DNA of 64,000 bases, taken from NCBI GenBank assembly GCA_965112155.1, contig OZ218098.1; one strand, given 5' to 3'. Position numbers and translations under genes: made by a program. Shown in pieces: positions 55,701-63,629 of the stretch. The DNA is from Podarcis liolepis (Eukaryota). A model generated the notes under the pieces. The model was not told where the DNA came from and did no database searches. It saw only the letters and a list, made by a program, of their open reading frames with translations. Each line of letters opens with the position of its first letter. The stretch's first letter is position 1.

Positions 55701-58700
55701 ATATCTACATGAATTGCCATATTATTACAGATAGTTCTGTTTGTGTTCAGGCCAGCCAGAGGCCTTCCAAAAAGGGACGCAAGCACAGATCTTGTAAGAT
55801 CAACAATCACAAATCTCCCACCTATCGCACAGTTTGGCCCTCAGACCTACTTTGGGCTCACTGATATCCTTCTGGAGAAGATAAGGAACATCAAAGGCTA
55901 TTATATACCTGAGGGTGGAAAGGATCCATCATTCTCAGGACAGAAATCAATGGTTTTAAGTGGAGGCCAGGTCTTGAAAGAAGGCTTAAAAGGACTGAGC
56001 CTCTTCAGCCCAGCCGAAAAAAGAAAAGAAAAAAAGGGAAGCTAAGAGGGTACATTACAGCTCTCTAAAAATAATTGGAGGGAGATAGCTATTGATGTAG
56101 AGGGAGACATGCTAATTTAGGGTACAGGACATTACTGAGAACAAGAAGAAACTATTATATAAACAAAATGCAAGGAGCATTCGAATGGTCAGAAGAATTC
56201 ATATTTGGGAAGAATCTCCCTAGGGTACCTTCAGTAATGAAGATTTTTTTATTAGGTTTTTTTTTAATGGAGCTAAGTACATTTCAGGGATGCTAAATGA
56301 TGTACCTGAAGTTTCACTGGAGCCTACCAGGGTGGAGCAAGAATGTTCCCCTCCTATTTAGTGCCCCCCCCAATTCCTTCCTCAGAGGTAGAGATGACCA
56401 CAACTGGAGATGGGACATTAGATGGACTGTACTATCGTGCTCAAGTGGCAAGGAAACTTCTATGGGATTCTTAGGGTTTCTTGACAAGTCATGGCCTTGG
56501 GCTGAGGGGAAGCCTCATTTCTGTAAGGATTGGGCAGGGAATCATCCTTGGCTGGCCTCTCTTCCCGTTCCTTTCTTTCCCTGTATTACTCCTTGGCCAT
56601 GCTTTGAAGAAGCAGGACACCTCTGTGCAGGCTTGGCTGAATGGGAGTCTGCCGGGATGTTTCTGGGAGTGGGGTGGGCAAAGAAAAACACCAAAATGGG
56701 GAAGCAGGATAGTTTCTCAGAAAACAAGAACAGTGCCTGTACATGTTGCCTCATGTGTCAGGTTCTACAAGATGCTAGAGATGTACTCTTCTTGAAAAAA
56801 GCAAGCAAGCTGGGGAGCTGGTTATGTTTCATGGTGGTGGTGGGGGACTGCTCAGTAGTCTTTAAGTCACTTGGCCTGGTTCACTGAACAAGCAACCACG
56901 CTGGAGCACAATGAGAAAATCTACTTCCATCTCCTCCTGCTGCAATGCTGCTCAGAGCTAAGCCAATGTTACATCCAAATCCAGGCTTGTGATTTGCCTC
57001 ACTCCAAATAAAGCATGAACTCTAACCAAGGTTTGTTCTTGGTTCATGGTTTGTTTGAGGAAGGCAAACCATGACATAAGACCAAAGGCATACGGTGTCT
57101 TGTTTTTAGGTAGCACGGCAGGAGCAGGCCTGGTTCTGATGTCAAAAAATATAGTTTAGCATTGTGGGAACAAGGCTAGCTTCCTTCTTGTGCACCCCTC
57201 TCTTCCTCCTCTGGCACAGTCACAAGAGGCCATCAAGAGAAGCTTTCAATTCTTGATTAAACTGCATCTTGCTATGACATCTGAACCTAGCTAAGTGTGC
57301 TTAATTTTAAATATGCTTTGTTTGAAACCCAATTTCAAACCATAGTTTATGAAGCTGGCTTGTTTCAACAAACCATAGTTAACCATGCGGTTTAGATGAC
57401 ATACTAAAACTGTGGCTAACTGAAAACAGAAGCTAAAGCTTCCAATTCCCTCCTCCTGGCTATGCTAGAGGAGAGGTGGAGAGTGCACATACTGAAAGCT
57501 CACTGCAACTTGCCACGCTAAACTCTGGTTTACTCTGGCAACCAGTAAGTCTTTCGCATTTCAGAGTGTAGTAGCCCCATCTCTGAGGGAAAATGAATTA
57601 TAGCAGAAAGAAGGTTTTTTATTGTTGTTGTTGGGTTTTTTTTAAAGAAAAGATCAGTTAAATTTTCTATAATCTCTTTTGCCCCAAGGTAGAGCTATGG
57701 GTCTGAAATGTGTCAGGACTTACTGTCTCTCACAATAAATCTTTAAGCGCCTCCTGGGATTTTAAAAAAATATCCACAGGCATACATCCTCCTGCCTAAA
57801 TCTTCTCTCAGCCCACCATCTACAAAATGGGGATAATAACACTGAATGTACAGGGTTGTCACTGGATTACTGAAACCAGATTTTACAAGAGACTCTGAGC
57901 TACTGCTTCTGAGTGTCTTCACACTCTCCCCTCCTTGGAAAAATCCAAGTAAACCATGTATGGTGGGGGTATCATTGCACTGTGTGTGTGTGTGCTGCCT
58001 GTACCTTGCATCGCTGCTTGGCAGGGATGGGGAAATGTACAGTGCAATGACATCGTGTCACATACTATCTGTCTTAGATATTACAAGAAACAGAGCGCAG
58101 GAGCAGCCATGGTGCTGTGTCTCATGTAAGTTCCAGGATGGCCCCAATACAGTGTCTGCGAAATACTCTCTGATCATTTAAACATATACTGGTATGCAAA
58201 TGCTAATTATTATTCTATTTCCCTACAGCAAAGAGAGAGATGGGGGAGGGAGGGAAGAAGTAGCAAACTGAGAAATTAGGGTAGGCAGTTGTCAAAGGGA
58301 TGTTCAAGAGCGTAAGATCCGATTGTAAAGGTCTGGGCAGTAAAGAGCTGCTTGCACAGGGAACACTTGAGAGGTTGCAGGATGGAGATAGACCTGGGTC
58401 AAGAGAGCAGAAAGAGAAGGCATGTCCATCACGAGACAGCAAAGATTCATTACTATGCAATACAGACTTTGCAACTTCCTTGTCTGCCCAAAATGGAGAA
58501 GATGCTTCCCAGAAATCGGGTCACTTAATTGATCATTTACTGGAATACAAGATGCATACAGTCCTGTTGCCTTAGTAACTGTTGCTATGCAACACAGCCT
58601 AAGATCCACATTTCAATATCAGAATTTGAACGGGCTTGCACACAGGTAAGAAAGAAGGAGGAGCATGCCTCATGGCCCTTCTCGCAGTCCCAGGTAATCT

Positions 58701-59232
58701 TGCAAACACCATAAATGGCACAGAGCCCCCTGCATCTCTCTGCCTCCCGTACACAAATCCTGAAGTGGGATGAAAGAGGACGTTTACTGCCTCTGGTGCA
58801 CATGTCTGTCATTCAGCCTAGGAAACCTGCTCTAGGAAGAAACACCTGGAGCATCTTCAATGCCAGCTGCTGAGAGTCCTCTTGCAAAGAGAACCAACCA
58901 CCGATGGCATGGCAAACATTGCTGCATTTCTCAGCTGCAGCAGCCCAGTAGCTACTCCTGGACACTCAAGCCTAGACTAGGCATTCAGTAAAACGAGGTA
59001 GCTTCCAAAATGGCAAAACAGAGTATATCACTATGGAATGCAGATGATGGGATAGCATTTTTGAATTCTTCCTTTCGTAAAAATGCCCCTTGCAAGTAGA
59101 AAACTAGTGCCTACAGAACAGGCTAGGGTAAAAACTCTTTCTCTGGTGTGCTAATTTTGGGTAGGTCTTTTTTCAAACTTATGGGCTTTTCCTTTTACTA
59201 TAGGGAAGCATTAAAAACAGCACTCCCATATT

Positions 59233-59273
<41 letters not shown>

Positions 59274-61115
59274 GTGTGTGTGTGTGTCACTCCCCACCTG
59301 CAATCTGAAATGGTATAGTCTATTACACACACACAAAATCTGCATGTGTAGACAGGGCCTTAGGTGTGCCTTATACTCAGCATAAAATCCCCTTGTGATG
59401 CTGTGTTCCAAATGTGTGCAGAGTGACCCAGGAATACTAACTTGATTCAGCCCAAGCACAACCAGGAGGAGACACAGACTCCTGTCCAAGCCATGGTTAA
59501 GAGGGCTCCAAATCGGGTGAGATAGAGTAAAGGACAGCCGTGCAGCTGAGCTTTCTTTTCAGGCCACTTCTGCTCTGGCTAGCAAAGAATCTGTCTGCTT
59601 TGGTCACTCACATAGATGTGGTCCTGCTGGTAGCGCTGGTGCAGATTGAGTAAAATGGCCGCCTCGTGCAGGTCTCCCAGCATGGACATGTCCTCCACCC
59701 CCTCCATACTCGACCGATGCATCGGCAGGACTTTCTCTCTGGGCACAGAGGCCCACGGGTAGCAGAACACCTGGAGGGAAGGGAAAAGATGGTGCATGAA
59801 GAGATGCAGGATTCTGTGGGGAGCTGTAACTTCTGGCAGTTGATCAGTTGACAGTAAAAGGAGTGCAAGGGTATAGAGAGGTAAGTAACAGGAAATGGGA
59901 GGGGTCAACCCCTCTTCTGTATTTACCTTGTCCTTTCGCATCTATTTTAAACTTTTATTTCTACAATAAGAAAAAAATTAAAACCATGGGTGGTATTCAA
60001 CCAAGTTTTACTCAAGAGCCACTGAAATTACTAGGCATGACAAAGTTTGGTCCTTTCATTTCAACAAGTCTACTCTTGAGTAAAACTTAAGCTGAATGCC
60101 ATCCTACATGATTTATACACATTGAGCAGGATTTGATGAATGAGTCCTCTCAGTGAACACATCTGGATTCACCACTGGGTGAGTTCACCCAACAGTGAAC
60201 TGAAGTGACTCATTGTGTTTTACAAGCAGAGACATCTTTGTACAGATGAGCTTCTTACCTCCACACTTTGCACTTTTAGGTGTGTACCAATTATCTATAT
60301 CTGTAGTTACCTATATCAGAAGGGGAAGCAGAATACAAATTTTCTGCGCCTGGGAAGTTTGATAGCTAATGGCTTGGAAGAAACCCCACCCTTCTGCCAC
60401 TCTCTTAACAGGCCCCAATAGTTGGAAGTAACAGTATAAAAAGAACTGATCTTCATGAAGTCATTTTGTCTTATATGCTATGGGAGGGTCTGAGAAAGAT
60501 GCCAATCTCCCTTCCTTACATAAACCAAAGAGATTATAGGAGAAAGGGAGGTGGAAGTGGACTGACTCCCGCATCCCTACAGGGATTATCACCAATTTCA
60601 GAGGCAGCCACTTTTAGAAATGCTAAGAGGTGTGAATTGCTTGCATACAGCTGCTTCCAAAGCCTCAGTCTGTCTGGCTTTTGCAGACGCCTCGCCTCTC
60701 CAGAGCATCTAAGTGCTTTGTGGCAATGTCAACAAGCAGCGGTAATTCAAGGAAAAACCAATTTGCAAGCCTTAAGAAAAGGAGAACAAAGCCTTAAGAA
60801 AACCCGTACCTGCCAAAGCCACCTAGGGAAGAATGCAAAGAAGGTTTTTTCTTTGTAACTTGGCAACCTTAAAGGTGCTGCATATTATGGCCACAGGAGA
60901 AGGAAAAAAAGAGTCTCCTGAGCCACCAGCTTTTATTTAGCCCAAATGTGCAAGGGAATGACCTGGAAGGTTTCCTTTGGCGGCTCATGAAAATGCTGTG
61001 TTTTCATTTCACTTACCTCGCCATAGTCCGAAGTGAAGAGGACGGATCCATCAACACAAGAGCCAACCGTGCAGGGCTGCAGCCGGTCCTGCTCCTGCAG
61101 CCACACACGTGTTCC
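3920..61115 (-). CDS. MYO10L: Unconventional myosin-X-like gene (MYO10 paralogue), spliced CDS span, exons 2-41; 5' end probably incomplete
   Basis: 40 GT-AG-bounded exons join in frame (6141 nt including TGA). Motifs: P-loop GESGAGKT, switch [11 protein letters not shown], switch II LDIFGFE, 3 IQ, ER/K-rich SAH, split PH1 with inserted PH2, PH3, MyTH4, FERM. Exon sizes and phases follow MYO10 as I recall them, but the sequence is clearly diverged and the gene compact, which points to the paralogue. Confidence 0.93.
4622..4813 (-). CDS. MYO10L: Exon 40 (192 nt), FERM F3 [15 protein letters not shown]...YFETPQ
   Basis: gcag|TGT...CAG|gtatgc. Confidence 0.95.
5497..5946 (-). CDS. MYO10L: Exon 39 (450 nt), FERM F2 [11 protein letters not shown]...[10 protein letters not shown]
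   Basis: acag|GCT...GAG|gtgaga. Confidence 0.95.
6322..6448 (-). CDS. MYO10L: Exon 38 (127 nt) ...[12 protein letters not shown]...FAFMFEQ
   Basis: ttag|ACT...CAG|gtaagt. Confidence 0.94.
6661..6797 (-). CDS. MYO10L: Exon 37 (137 nt), FERM F1 [22 protein letters not shown]...ADVLAKFE
   Basis: gtag|GTG...GAG|gtaggt. Confidence 0.94.
7000..7207 (-). CDS. MYO10L: Exon 36 (208 nt), MyTH4 end and FERM start ([10 protein letters not shown]...INSHTSAGE)
   Basis: ccag|AGT...GAG|gtaaga. Confidence 0.95.
7852..8149 (-). CDS. MYO10L: Exon 35 (298 nt), MyTH4 ([13 protein letters not shown])
   Basis: gcag|TGC...AAG|gtaaga. Confidence 0.95.
8661..8869. mobile_element. Tc1/mariner (Tigger-like) MITE
   Basis: TIRs CAGTGGTACCTCGAGTTA / TAACCCAAGGCACCACTG; TA on the left (right TSD reads TG); internal GCTTCAGG repeats; second copy at 63504. 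Confidence 0.75.
8999..9122 (-). CDS. MYO10L: Exon 34 (124 nt) [37 protein letters not shown]
   Basis: tcag|GAG...ACT|gtgagt; start of MyTH4. Confidence 0.94.
9952..10295 (-). mobile_element. Sauria SINE, near full length with a deletion near the 3' end
   Basis: Minus strand starts GGGACGCGGGTGGCG, has B-box GGTTCGAATCC and an ACCTTT-type tail; homologous to copies at 22412 and 30781. Confidence 0.88.
10333..10490 (-). CDS. MYO10L: Exon 33 (158 nt) [18 protein letters not shown]...TQQLIRDIR
   Basis: tcag|GCT...AGA|gtaagt. Confidence 0.94.
11218..11412 (-). CDS. MYO10L: Exon 32 (195 nt), PH3 WLHKE...KKRWFVLT
   Basis: tcag|GCT...CAG|gtaagg. Confidence 0.94.
11597..11673. repeat. (GAAA)n microsatellite
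   Basis: About 19 units read directly. Confidence 0.95.
12479..12621 (-). CDS. MYO10L: Exon 31 (143 nt) [16 protein letters not shown]...GQEFLVR
   Basis: tcag|GCC...GAG|gtatga. Confidence 0.93.
12940..13632 (+). mobile_element. L2-clade LINE 3' fragment
   Basis: Decayed RT C-terminus [24 protein letters not shown]...KLQL...AAARLLTG, ending in GGGTATAAATAAATAATAAT. Confidence 0.82.
14086..14141 (-). CDS. MYO10L: Exon 30 (56 nt) [18 protein letters not shown]
   Basis: aaag|GGT...CAG|gtaagc. Confidence 0.93.
15617..15710 (-). CDS. MYO10L: Exon 29 (94 nt) [10 protein letters not shown]...EQANPKNAV
   Basis: acag|TGA...GTG|gtgagt. Confidence 0.93.
16084..16179 (-). CDS. MYO10L: Exon 28 (96 nt) [31 protein letters not shown]
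   Basis: tcag|GGA...CAG|gtaggg. Confidence 0.93.
16988..17231 (-). CDS. MYO10L: Exon 27 (244 nt), PH1a and PH2 (KKGGG...[11 protein letters not shown])
   Basis: gcaag|GGG...CAA|gtatgg. Confidence 0.95.
18048..18171 (-). CDS. MYO10L: Exon 26 (124 nt) FLDSEDE...YFHSYLYMK (start of PH1)
   Basis: ccag|TTT...AAG|gtaagc. Confidence 0.92.
19859..20641 (-). CDS. MYO10L: Exon 25 (783 nt), coiled coil ([14 protein letters not shown]) and PEST region
   Basis: ttcag|ATG...TCG|gtaagg; ORF 19733-20662. Confidence 0.93.
22035..22074 (-). CDS. MYO10L: Exon 24, small exon (40 nt, or 31 nt with the upstream donor) [10 protein letters not shown](VAQ)
   Basis: ttttgaacag|AGA; donors CAG|gtggct (22044) and CAG|gtgtgt (22035); needed to convert phase 2 to phase 0. 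Confidence 0.8.
22412..22679 (+). mobile_element. Sauria SINE, 5'-truncated and internally deleted
   Basis: GTCGGCGGTTTGAATCCC...CATGACCCGGAAG...CCTTTACCTTT; opposite orientation to the other two copies. Confidence 0.85.
24502..24804 (-). CDS. MYO10L: Exon 23 (303 nt), IQ2, IQ3 and ER/K-rich single alpha helix
   Basis: ctcag|GAA...AAG|gtacca; [33 protein letters not shown]. Confidence 0.93.
26076..26149 (-). CDS. Candidate alternative first coding exon of a motorless isoform, [24 protein letters not shown](R)
   Basis: Two close ATGs with a -3 purine; phase-2 donor CTCAG|gtggga matches the phase-2 acceptor of exon 23; no polypyrimidine tract upstream. Confidence 0.45.
27864..27970 (-). CDS. 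MYO10L: Exon 22 (107 nt) [35 protein letters not shown] (IQ1)
   Basis: accag|GTT...AAG|gtcagt; this frame is not shown in the ORF track. Confidence 0.93.
30258..30440 (+). mobile_element. tRNA-derived squamate SINE, degraded
   Basis: Homologous to 43863-44030 (TGCTTTGCATGCA.GAAGG..CCAG...CCCTGGCATCTCC). Confidence 0.65.
30607..30780 (+). mobile_element. LINE (probably L2) 3' end with (ATT)n tail
   Basis: GAGTGGCTGGGGAAACCCAGCCAGATGGGCAGGGTATAAATAAA(TTA)n; reverse-complement copy at 40274-40388. Confidence 0.75.
30781..31134 (-). mobile_element. Full-length Sauria SINE inserted in the (ATT)n tail
   Basis: tRNA-like head at 31134, ACCTTTACT tail at 30781, ATT repeats on both sides. Confidence 0.9.
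35089..35203 (-). CDS. MYO10L: Exon 21 (115 nt), converter YKMLL...EWKLGKTK
   Basis: tcag|GTA...AAG|gtatgc. Confidence 0.94.
35724..36370 (-). mobile_element. Non-autonomous hAT (Buster/Charlie group) deletion derivative, 647 bp
   Basis: Perfect 15-bp TIR CAGTGTTTTTCAACC; perfect 8-bp TSD TCCTAGCT (35716-35723 and 36371-36378); transposase-like C-terminus [19 protein letters not shown] at 36012-35953. Confidence 0.92.
36522..36646 (-). CDS. MYO10L: Exon 20 (125 nt) [41 protein letters not shown]
   Basis: atag|TCT...CAG|gtaaaa; SH2/SH1 helix. Confidence 0.94.
37412..37492 (-). CDS. MYO10L: Exon 19 (81 nt) [27 protein letters not shown]
   Basis: ttag|GAC...AAG|gtgact; RCIKPN motif. Confidence 0.95.
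38160..38268 (-). CDS. MYO10L: Exon 18 (109 nt) LDFIYDLFE...[11 protein letters not shown] (loop 2)
   Basis: gcag|GCT...AGG|gtagga. Confidence 0.94.
39100..39182 (-). CDS. MYO10L: Exon 17 (83 nt) [27 protein letters not shown]
   Basis: gcag|GTC...CAG|gtaagc. Confidence 0.95.
40085..40153 (-). CDS. MYO10L: Exon 16 (69 nt) [23 protein letters not shown]
   Basis: ttcag|AAC...GAG|gtaagt; HYAG motif. Confidence 0.94.
40274..40388 (-). mobile_element. LINE (probably L2) 3' end with (TAA)n tail
   Basis: Reverse complement of 30680-30780. Confidence 0.75.
41370..41760 (+). mobile_element. Old L2-like LINE fragment
   Basis: [20 protein letters not shown] parallels the 12940 element. Confidence 0.55.
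41999..42056. repeat. (ATT)n microsatellite
   Basis: Read directly. Confidence 0.95.
42213..42305 (-). CDS. MYO10L: Exon 15 (93 nt) [31 protein letters not shown]
   Basis: acag|AAA...GGG|gtaagt. Confidence 0.94.
42721..42787 (-). CDS. MYO10L: Exon 14 (67 nt) [22 protein letters not shown]
   Basis: gcag|AGA...AAG|gtaggc. Confidence 0.94.
43156..43256 (-). CDS. MYO10L: Exon 13 (101 nt) [32 protein letters not shown] (relay helix)
   Basis: acag|GTG...CAG|gtagtt. Confidence 0.95.
43646..43701. repeat. (TAA)n microsatellite
   Basis: Read directly. Confidence 0.95.
43863..44030 (+). mobile_element. tRNA-derived squamate SINE with intact Pol III A and B boxes
   Basis: A box TAGCTCAGTGG at 43875-43885, B box GGTTCAATCC at 43918-43927, then a non-tRNA body shared with other copies. 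Confidence 0.75.
44294..44440 (-). CDS. MYO10L: Exon 12 (147 nt) [13 protein letters not shown]...[12 protein letters not shown] (switch II)
   Basis: ctag|GCT...CAG|gttaga. Confidence 0.95.
45034..45689. mobile_element. Non-autonomous hAT-type element, 656 bp
   Basis: Imperfect TIRs CAGGGCCATCTT / AAGACAGCGCTG; 8-bp TSD CTCAGAGG vs CTCACAGG (7/8). Confidence 0.7.
47279..47397 (-). CDS. MYO10L: Exon 11 (119 nt) [11 protein letters not shown]...[18 protein letters not shown]
   Basis: ctag|TGC...CAG|gtgagt. Confidence 0.94.
47995..48124 (-). CDS. MYO10L: Exon 10 (130 nt) TALEVMGF...[16 protein letters not shown]
   Basis: gcag|ACT...CTG|gtaagc. Confidence 0.94.
49247..49385. mobile_element. 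Short palindromic MITE (ACTACAAC...GGGAGTTGTAGT family)
   Basis: Internal inverted repeat; related copies near 14480-14600, 19065-19130, 36895-37020 and 48535-48660. Confidence 0.6.
49424..49527 (-). CDS. MYO10L: Exon 9 (104 nt) [18 protein letters not shown]...FSKVM
   Basis: acag|AAG...ATG|gtgagt. Confidence 0.93.
52561..52645 (-). CDS. MYO10L: Exon 8 (85 nt) [22 protein letters not shown]
   Basis: ttcag|AAC...AAG|gtaatg; ERNYHIFY motif. Confidence 0.95.
53504..53517 (-). CDS. MYO10L: Exon 7, 14-nt micro-exon ATTTATTGGAGAAG (YLLEK)
   Basis: ctcag|ATTTATTGGAGAAG|gtgagt; restores frame and the conserved DYLLEKNRV motif. Confidence 0.92.
53518..53877 (-). other. U12-type (minor spliceosome) GT-AG intron, 360 nt
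   Basis: 5' site GTATCCTT; branch box TCCTTAAC at 53529-53536, 9 nt before the terminal AG. Confidence 0.9.
53878..54002 (-). CDS. MYO10L: Exon 6 (125 nt) [26 protein letters not shown]...GGRVTD (switch I)
   Basis: ctag|CCC...ACT|gtatcctt (U12-type donor). Confidence 0.95.
54744..54878 (-). CDS. MYO10L: Exon 5 (135 nt), P-loop [12 protein letters not shown]
   Basis: acag|TGG...CAG|gtacaa; Walker A motif. Confidence 0.95.
55280..55467 (-). CDS. MYO10L: Exon 4 (188 nt) [13 protein letters not shown]...LPPHIFA...SQCVLIS
   Basis: ccag|ACA...CAG|gtgagg; VNPY and PPH motifs. Confidence 0.95.
55900..56440 (+). mobile_element. Degraded CR1 LINE 3' fragment
   Basis: [13 protein letters not shown]...LRG resembles the CR1 RT end LGLFSLEKRRLRGD. 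Confidence 0.55.
59235..59287. repeat. (TG)n microsatellite
   Basis: Read directly. Confidence 0.95.
59612..59770 (-). CDS. MYO10L: Exon 3 (159 nt) VFCYPW...[31 protein letters not shown]
   Basis: ccag|GTG...TAT|gtgagt; start of the myosin head. Confidence 0.93.
59988..60104. mobile_element. About 115-bp palindromic MITE-like element
   Basis: AAGTTTTACTCAAGAG / CTCTTGAGTAAAACTT perfect 16-bp inverted pair inside imperfect termini. Confidence 0.5.
61017..61115 (-). CDS. MYO10L: Exon 2 (99 nt) [34 protein letters not shown]-terminal SH3-like region
   Basis: ttcag|GGA...GAG|gtaagt; resembles MYO10 GTRVWL...TDYGQ. Confidence 0.9.
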
Positions 61116-61561
61116 CTGAAACCAATCATAGCAGGATTCAAGCCATACGCTCTACACCTGACCACACTTATCTGTGCACTCGTGAGCATATCTACCCTAA
61201 TGTTGCTTCCTGCAATTGCCCTCAACCATCAGCGGAAGCAGCCTCCCTTCCAGAAATGAAGCCTGTGGGATGGTTCACACATGGGCATCTCTGAATGACT
61301 GCAGCAGTTAGCCATGACTGGTGTGGAGGAGCCACCAGAGAGGGACTGTCCATAGCCCAGGTGCCACCTTTAGGACAAAGCTTTTCAATGGCGTCTGTCC
61401 ACATATTCTGTCATCAGATGGCACCAAGTCCTGAAATGGTGAGAAATCAGGAAACATGCATGCCTTCACAGGCTCCAACTGAATCATCACAGGGAACATG
61501 GTATCTTGTGGTGGGGTTTTGTTTTGTTTAAATTTCTGTAGCAAGCTGTGAAAATGTAGAG

Positions 61562-62878
61562 CAGGGGTGTCAAACTCAAATTCATCGGGGGGCCACATCA
61601 GCAGTTTGGTCACCCTCAAAGGGCCGGTTGTATCTGTAGGACTTTATCAAAGTTATTTTTCCTTAGGCACTGGTGTGTGTTGTCTTGAACCTATACACTA
61701 TTTAATATACCTATTCCAGTACGATTTTAAATAAGAATAGAAAAAGAAATAATAATGATTTTTTAAAAAGATGACGAGATGGGCTTCCAGGCAGACTGGA
61801 GCTCCAACGGGGAGGAGACAGGAGCCTGTCCCAACAGAGCAGAGCAGAAGCAAATCTTGCCCCCCCCCCCGCCCTGCCGCCACACTCAGGAGTCGGAGGA
61901 TACGGAGCTGCAGTTTGGGCAGCAGCAGTTTCTTCCTTGCAAGGGAGCCCCAGCGGCACTGTGGGTGCGGGTGGCCAGGATGTCCTGCTGGGGCCCCGAG
62001 CTGCTGCAGTTGCTCCTGGGGAGGGGGCTATCCGCCAAGTCCTCCGGCCCGGAGAAAGCCGATGTGTTGGCGTGGGGAGGGGGGCGGTGTTTCGTAGCCA
62101 GGCTCCCACAGCCAAGTTGCTGGCAGGCTCGCACTTTGCTCCAGCTGCCCAGATGCCGGCGCGGTCCTCTTCGGGGTGGGAGGCGCCCCTGCTTTGCGGT
62201 GTGGCACACCGCCCGCTCGCCCTCCCGGCTCCCTCCACCCCACCCTGCGCAGCTGAACCGGCAGCAGCTTCGCCTCTCCCAGCCCAGCCAGGGCGCGCCG
62301 CCTGCGGCAAGACCTGCGCCGGGTCCCCACTCTCCACTTGCCTCCGCGTTCCCTTCCCTGCCTGCCGGCCCCGCCCACCAGGGCGACCCCAGCCAGCCCC
62401 TGGCCCCGCCGCCCGCGCCCCCGGCCATCTCCTCGCCAGCTGCAGCGCCGCAGTGGCCTCTTCTTGCGGCCCGAGCGAGCGGCGTCCCAAGCGTGGCTCT
62501 CGCTCCCTGCCCTCGCTGCCAGCCTCCGCAGCTCCCTCAGGCTCCAAAAGTTGCCGCGCACGCGACCCGCCCCCTCGAGCAGCCGCGCCTGGGAGGCTCC
62601 GAGGGGCGGAGGCAGCCGGCTCCGAGCTCGGCTTGGCGGGACCGCCTCCTCCGCAGCGAGCCCCGGACTGGACCGAGCGAGCAGAAAGCCTCTTTGCCCG
62701 GCCCGCGAGGCAGGCGAAAGTTGAGGGACCGGCCGGTAGGCAGGGCCGACGGGGTGCGTCGATTGGAGCCCTGTCTGCAAGCAGGCAGGGAAGGCTTCCT
62801 CGCCCTTGATGCCACGGGCCACATGACGGGGTCTGGCGGGCCGGATTCGGCCCGCGGGCCTTGTGTTTGACACCCGTG
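61562..62878. mobile_element. hAT element (1317 bp) carrying GC/CpG-rich internal sequence
   Basis: TIR CAGGGGTGTCAAAC / GTTTGACACCCGTG (13/14); perfect 8-bp TSD ATGTAGAG at 61554-61561 and 62879-62886; no transposase ORF recognised. Confidence 0.9.
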
Positions 62879-63503
62879 ATGTAGAGTGTGAGATTTTACT
62901 GGCTGACTGTAATTGCCGGAAGTGTAGCTCCTGTGTTCAATTAATGCAAGAAGTGTGCACAATGGGGGCGGGATTTGGGGGCCAGGCCCTGTACCCCACC
63001 CATTACACATGCCTCCAATGCATCTTCAAGCATACATCTGCAGGCACACTGCAGACAGGCCCACACATGCCATGAATGCTGAGACCTAGTCAGTAAACAG
63101 GGCTTAAGTTCCTCCCATTGCTGCAGTCTACATATACCAGGTCTTCCCAGGGCCCACCAAGCTCCCACACTGCCAATGAAAACTAATAAATGAATAGGAG
63201 AACCTACCTACGTACACATTCCCTTCATAGCTGCATTTTTGTAAACATTGTTCACTTGGGAAACTGCATAGCAACATTTGGATAAGTGTGAATTTCAAAG
63301 GATAGCTGTGCTTCAGTTTGTGTATCATTCCATAAAGTGCAGGTTTGACAGATTTGGCTTTAAATGAGACCTAAATGAGACCTCTCACATCCCCAGATGC
63401 AGCCCTTCCTCTCTCCCAATCACATCTCATACACAACTGCCCCTACATTGTTTCCCTCCCAATGTACCTCACAGGGTCTCATGTGAGGCTAAAAATGCCA
63501 CTA

Positions 63504-63629
63504 CAGTGGTACCTCGGGTTACATACGCTTCAGGTTACATACGCTTCAGGTTACAGACTCTGCTAACCCAGAAATAGGACCTCAGGTTAAGAACTTTGCT
63601 TCAGGATGAGAACAGAAATCGTGCTCCGG
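63504..63629. mobile_element. Truncated Tc1/mariner-like MITE, same family as 8661-8869
   Basis: TA|CAGTGGTACCTCGGGTTA, with a tandem 16-bp duplication of ACATACGCTTCAGGTT. Confidence 0.7.

Noticed and set aside
56297-56887. 196-aa plus-strand ORF
   Set aside because: No recognisable domain, overlaps decayed CR1 sequence, and lacks splice or promoter support
61850-62860. Native CpG-island promoter of the myosin gene
   Set aside because: Enclosed by hAT TIRs and a perfect TSD, so it is inserted DNA rather than the ancestral promoter
61711-63010. Several long overlapping ORFs (up to 363 aa) on both strands
   Set aside because: Stop-codon scarcity in very GC-rich DNA; low-complexity P/A/G/R translations with no recognisable domain, mostly inside a transposon
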